Below are positions 61,213 to 64,000 of a stretch of 64,000 nucleotides of DNA, one piece after another. The notes below the pieces were generated by a model. It searched no databases. It was given only the letters and a program-made list of their open reading frames with translations, and was not told where the DNA came from. The stretch is from Myxococcota bacterium (lineage in GTDB: Bacteria; Myxococcota_A; Polyangia; Nannocystales; Nannocystaceae), in NCBI GenBank assembly GCA_039028615.1, contig JBCCHT010000013.1:32001-96000 (forward strand), read 5' to 3'. The stretch's first letter is position 1. Each line of letters opens with the position of its first letter. Made by a program: the position numbers and the translations under genes.

Positions 61213-62004
61213 TCACGAGGCCTTGGGCGAGGCGCTGAACGACAGGCTCACCTGGGCTTCTTCGCCGACCTTGTCGGACAGTGCGCCGAGCGTCTTCTTG
61301 GCCAGCGCTCCGAAACCGGTCCGCGGACGGACATCGTGCTCGGGCAGGGCCACGGCGAAGGGCGAGCGGGTCTTCACGTCCACCCGGGTGGGACGGTCGC
61401 CGTCGTAGTGGAAGGTCGCGGAGAGATCGACCGTCTTTTCCACTTTGTGCTGATGGAGCAGGAACTCGCCCTTGACCGTCAGCTCGACCTTGCGTTCGGC
61501 GCCCGACAGCGACGCGGGGGAAGCCGAAGCCTCGACCACTTCCTGCAACGAGAACTGTACGCGGCGGTTCTTGGCGAGCTGATCGGCCGGAGCGTCGTCG
61601 CCGATCTCGAGCCAGTCCTGCATGTGCTCGTTCTGTAGCTCGGATTTCTCGCGCTCACCGTACTTGCCCGCCTCTTCGGCCTTCTGCATGAAGATCTCGA
61701 GGTCGCTGATGTCGACCGCGATGAGCCCCGTGCTCTGGGTCAGGTCGTGCAGGTCGATGTGCAGCGAGCCGGACAGGGCCGAGTCGGGGACGCTGCCTTC
61801 TTGGCGCTCGAACGGGGCCTGCATCTCGAAGCCGACCTTGGACCCGCCGCTTTGGACCATCCACTCCATGGCCGCGGCGCTCTTGGGCTGGGCCTCCTCC
61901 AGCTGTTCGGCCTTGGGGGCGAGCTTCACGTCCTCACCTCCACAGGCCACGGGCAGCGCCAAGACGGCGAACAACGACGAAGTGATTGCGATGGTGCGCA
62001 GCAT
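61213..62004 (-). CDS. YceI-like lipoprotein
   Basis: Lipobox PVAC; SKVGFEMQAP, NEHMQDWL, VKGEFLLHQHKV. Confidence 0.6.
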   Translation of the reverse strand: MLRTIAITSSLFAVLALPVACGGEDVKLAPKAEQLEEAQPKSAAAMEWMVQSGGSKVGFEMQAPFERQEGSVPDSALSGSLHIDLHDLTQSTGLIAVDISDLEIFMQKAEEAGKYGEREKSELQNEHMQDWLEIGDDAPADQLAKNRRVQFSLQEVVEASASPASLSGAERKVELTVKGEFLLHQHKVEKTVDLSATFHYDGDRPTRVDVKTRSPFAVALPEHDVRPRTGFGALAKKTLGALSDKVGEEAQVSLSFSASPKAS

Positions 62005-62081
62005 AGGTCTCGACTCGAACTACGCCCGAAGTGCCCCAGGGGTTACCGGTCGTGGCGTTCGTCCGGGTAGACTCCGCCTCG

Positions 62082-62693
62082 GTGCCCAAGCGACTGCGAT
62101 ATCCGGCGACGTCTCGCAACCGAGAGGTGATTTTGGAGGTCCTGCGCGGCTGTTTGCCGCCCCAGGGCCTGGTGCTCGAGCTGGCCTCGGGCTCCGGGGA
62201 GCACGCCGTGACCTTTGCCGCGGCGCTGCCCGGCCTGCGCTGGCAACCCACCGACCCGGAGCTCGCCGCCCGCGAGAGCATCGCGGCGTGGACCGAGCAC
62301 GAAGGGTTGAGCAACGTCGCGGCGCCGCTGGACCTCGATGCGACGCGCTGGCCTTGGCCGGTCACCGAAGCCGACGCCATCGTGTGCATCAACATGATCC
62401 ACATCGCACCGTGGGACGCGACGCTCGGGCTGCTGGCGGGCGCGGGCCAGGTCCTCGGGAACGGGGCGCCGCTGCTGCTCTACGGTCCGTACTACGTCGA
62501 CGGGCAGACCGCTCCGAGCAACGTGGCGTTCGACCAGTCTCTGCGGAGCCGCAATGCGACGTGGGGAGTCCGGGAGCTCAGCGAGATCGAGCGCGAGGCG
62601 AAGCCGCACGGACTGACGCTCGCGTCGGTGGTGCAGATGCCGGCCAACAACCTATGCGTCGAGTTTCGCAAGCAGGACGGAGCGAGCTCGTGA
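62082..62693 (+). CDS. DUF938 SAM-dependent methyltransferase
   Basis: RNREVI, LELASGSGEH, WQPTD, INMIHIAPW, YGPY, SNVAFD, MPANN; start could be 62031. Confidence 0.9.
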   Translation: MPKRLRYPATSRNREVILEVLRGCLPPQGLVLELASGSGEHAVTFAAALPGLRWQPTDPELAARESIAAWTEHEGLSNVAAPLDLDATRWPWPVTEADAIVCINMIHIAPWDATLGLLAGAGQVLGNGAPLLLYGPYYVDGQTAPSNVAFDQSLRSRNATWGVRELSEIEREAKPHGLTLASVVQMPANNLCVEFRKQDGASS

Positions 62694-63547
62694 CGCGGGG
62701 GCGAGTCGGCGGCGCCCTGGTGGCGATGCTGTCGACCGCCGCATGCGGTGAGCCCCAGCTCCCTGCGGGGTGGACCACGGAAGAGTCGATGGCCTTCCAG
62801 CGCGAGCACGATGCGGCGATCGGGGCCCAGAGCAGTCCGCTGTCCGCGATTGCCTCGCACTACGTCAGCCCGGGCGACTCGCTGACGCTCGGGGTCGTCG
62901 ACGGCACCCTGGTGACCGACACGGGCGGGGAGGGGCCCACGCTTCGCCTCGAGGTGACCGACGCGGGCGCACGCTGCCTGACCGGCTGCGGTCCCGAGCC
63001 GCTGGCGCTGACGGAACGCAAGACGCTCTCGCTCGGCCGCTTCATCCTCGAGACGAGCCCCCAGTCGGGCACCTTGCGGGTCGTGGCGCACGATCCGAAG
63101 GCCCCGGCCCGGGTCGCGTACAAAGGCGTGCCGTGGTTTTCCGCCGACGCGAGCTTCATCGTGCCTGCCCGTTTCGAGCCCGATCCCGCGGGGGCGAGCG
63201 TCGAGCTTTCGACCACGCGGGGCCTGACGAAGGCGTTTGAGCGGGCCGGGGTGTTCGAGGCGAAGGTGCAGGGCAAGCCGATTCGGCTCGTCGGCTATGG
63301 TTCTGGTGAGCCGGGACAGCCGCTGTTGGTGCCGCTCACCGATGAAACCTCGGGGACGGACTCGTATCCCGTGGGACGTTATCTACAGGTCGTGGTGCCG
63401 AGCAGCGGTCCGGCCGTCCTCGACTTCAATCGCCTCACCAACCCCTGGTGCGCCTATAGCGAGCACTACAACTGTCCCGTGCCTCCTGCGGACAACGCAG
63501 TGCCGGTCGCACTCGAGGGCGGAGAGAAGATCTTCGGACCGCACTGA
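62690..63547 (+). CDS. DUF1684 family lipoprotein
   Basis: Lipobox TAAC; DETSGTDSYPVGRYL, LDFNRLTNPWCAYSEHYNCPVPP, GGEK. Confidence 0.88.
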   Translation: MTRGRVGGALVAMLSTAACGEPQLPAGWTTEESMAFQREHDAAIGAQSSPLSAIASHYVSPGDSLTLGVVDGTLVTDTGGEGPTLRLEVTDAGARCLTGCGPEPLALTERKTLSLGRFILETSPQSGTLRVVAHDPKAPARVAYKGVPWFSADASFIVPARFEPDPAGASVELSTTRGLTKAFERAGVFEAKVQGKPIRLVGYGSGEPGQPLLVPLTDETSGTDSYPVGRYLQVVVPSSGPAVLDFNRLTNPWCAYSEHYNCPVPPADNAVPVALEGGEKIFGPH

Positions 63548-63602
63548 ACGGGTCCCTTCGTTGGTGGCCCATGGCCTGCTTAGGCTATGCTGCGGGTCCA
63601 CC

Positions 63603-64000
63603 ATGGCACCCAACGAACTCGACGCCGTGCTCACCTATGTCATCTGGGCCACCTTGGGGGGGCTCGGGTTGGCGCTGATGCTGTTTGTCGTGGCCAAGGT
63701 CGGTGACCGCTCGGCCCGAGCCGCCGGCATCTTGGCGGGCCTGTCCGCGTTCCTCTACGTGGGAGCGGGCGTGGCCGGAGCCGCGATTCGAGTGGAGATG
63801 GGGGTCACCTCGGGCGACGCAAAGCCCGACGCCAAGGGCAAGACGCCGCCCGTGGCCGAGCCCGCACCCGAGCCGAAGCCCGACCCGGCCATCGATGAGG
63901 CGGCCAAGCGCCTGAGCGAGGCGGTGGCCAGCGAAGACTGGGATGCCGCCGGGCAAGCCCACGACGCCCTGAAGGCGCTCGACGGAGCGCATCCCGACCT
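63603..64000 (+). CDS. Hypothetical membrane protein (3' end runs off the window)
   Basis: Manual translation MAPNELDAVLTYVIWATLGGLGLALMLFVVAK...; two hydrophobic helices then Pro-rich linker; open to the edge. Confidence 0.65.
   Translation, partial: MAPNELDAVLTYVIWATLGGLGLALMLFVVAKVGDRSARAAGILAGLSAFLYVGAGVAGAAIRVEMGVTSGDAKPDAKGKTPPVAEPAPEPKPDPAIDEAAKRLSEAVASEDWDAAGQAHDALKALDGAHPD

Noticed and set aside
62126..62141. GGTGATTTTGGAGGTC resembling the repeat unit start
   Set aside because: Lies inside conserved DUF938 coding sequence (EVILEV); likely chance.
61622..63547. 641-aa ORF as one protein
   Set aside because: The N-terminal part overlaps the YceI-like and DUF938 genes; the real DUF1684 gene starts at GTG 62690.

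Overview
High-GC, gene-dense bacterial chromosomal DNA that looks myxobacterial (Myxococcota, probably Nannocystaceae-like). This is inferred from a MYXO-CTERM protein, Cys-rich lipoproteins, PilZ/J/TPR and GYF-type proteins, and DUF6178. About 50 CDS were found, mostly housekeeping: trpS, iscS-mnmA, rnc, truC-like, tilS-ftsH, mutS, PBP1A, a nadD fusion, a Clp-like ATPase, HMG-CoA lyase and an orphan gspD secretin. No rRNA, tRNA or CRISPR array was seen. The most unusual locus is 7.3-11.0 kb. There an HUH/Y1 (RAYT-like) transposase gene is bracketed by inverted 20-bp hairpin motifs and followed by a tandem array of 144-bp structured units. Both convergent host genes flanking it lose C at codon position 3 in a mirror-image gradient towards the element, suggesting a local strand-specific mutational footprint. 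Other points of interest: a fused DUF692 (MNIO)-DUF2063 enzyme with no neighbouring precursor peptide; a trans-3-hydroxyproline-type operon with twin palindromic operators; an Rpn-like nuclease with a candidate nested antitoxin; a Roco-like LRR protein lacking Roc-COR; a pseudokinase-PGY repeat-GYF protein; and a NadD-DUF2520 fusion. All family calls come from motif recognition by eye, not database searches.
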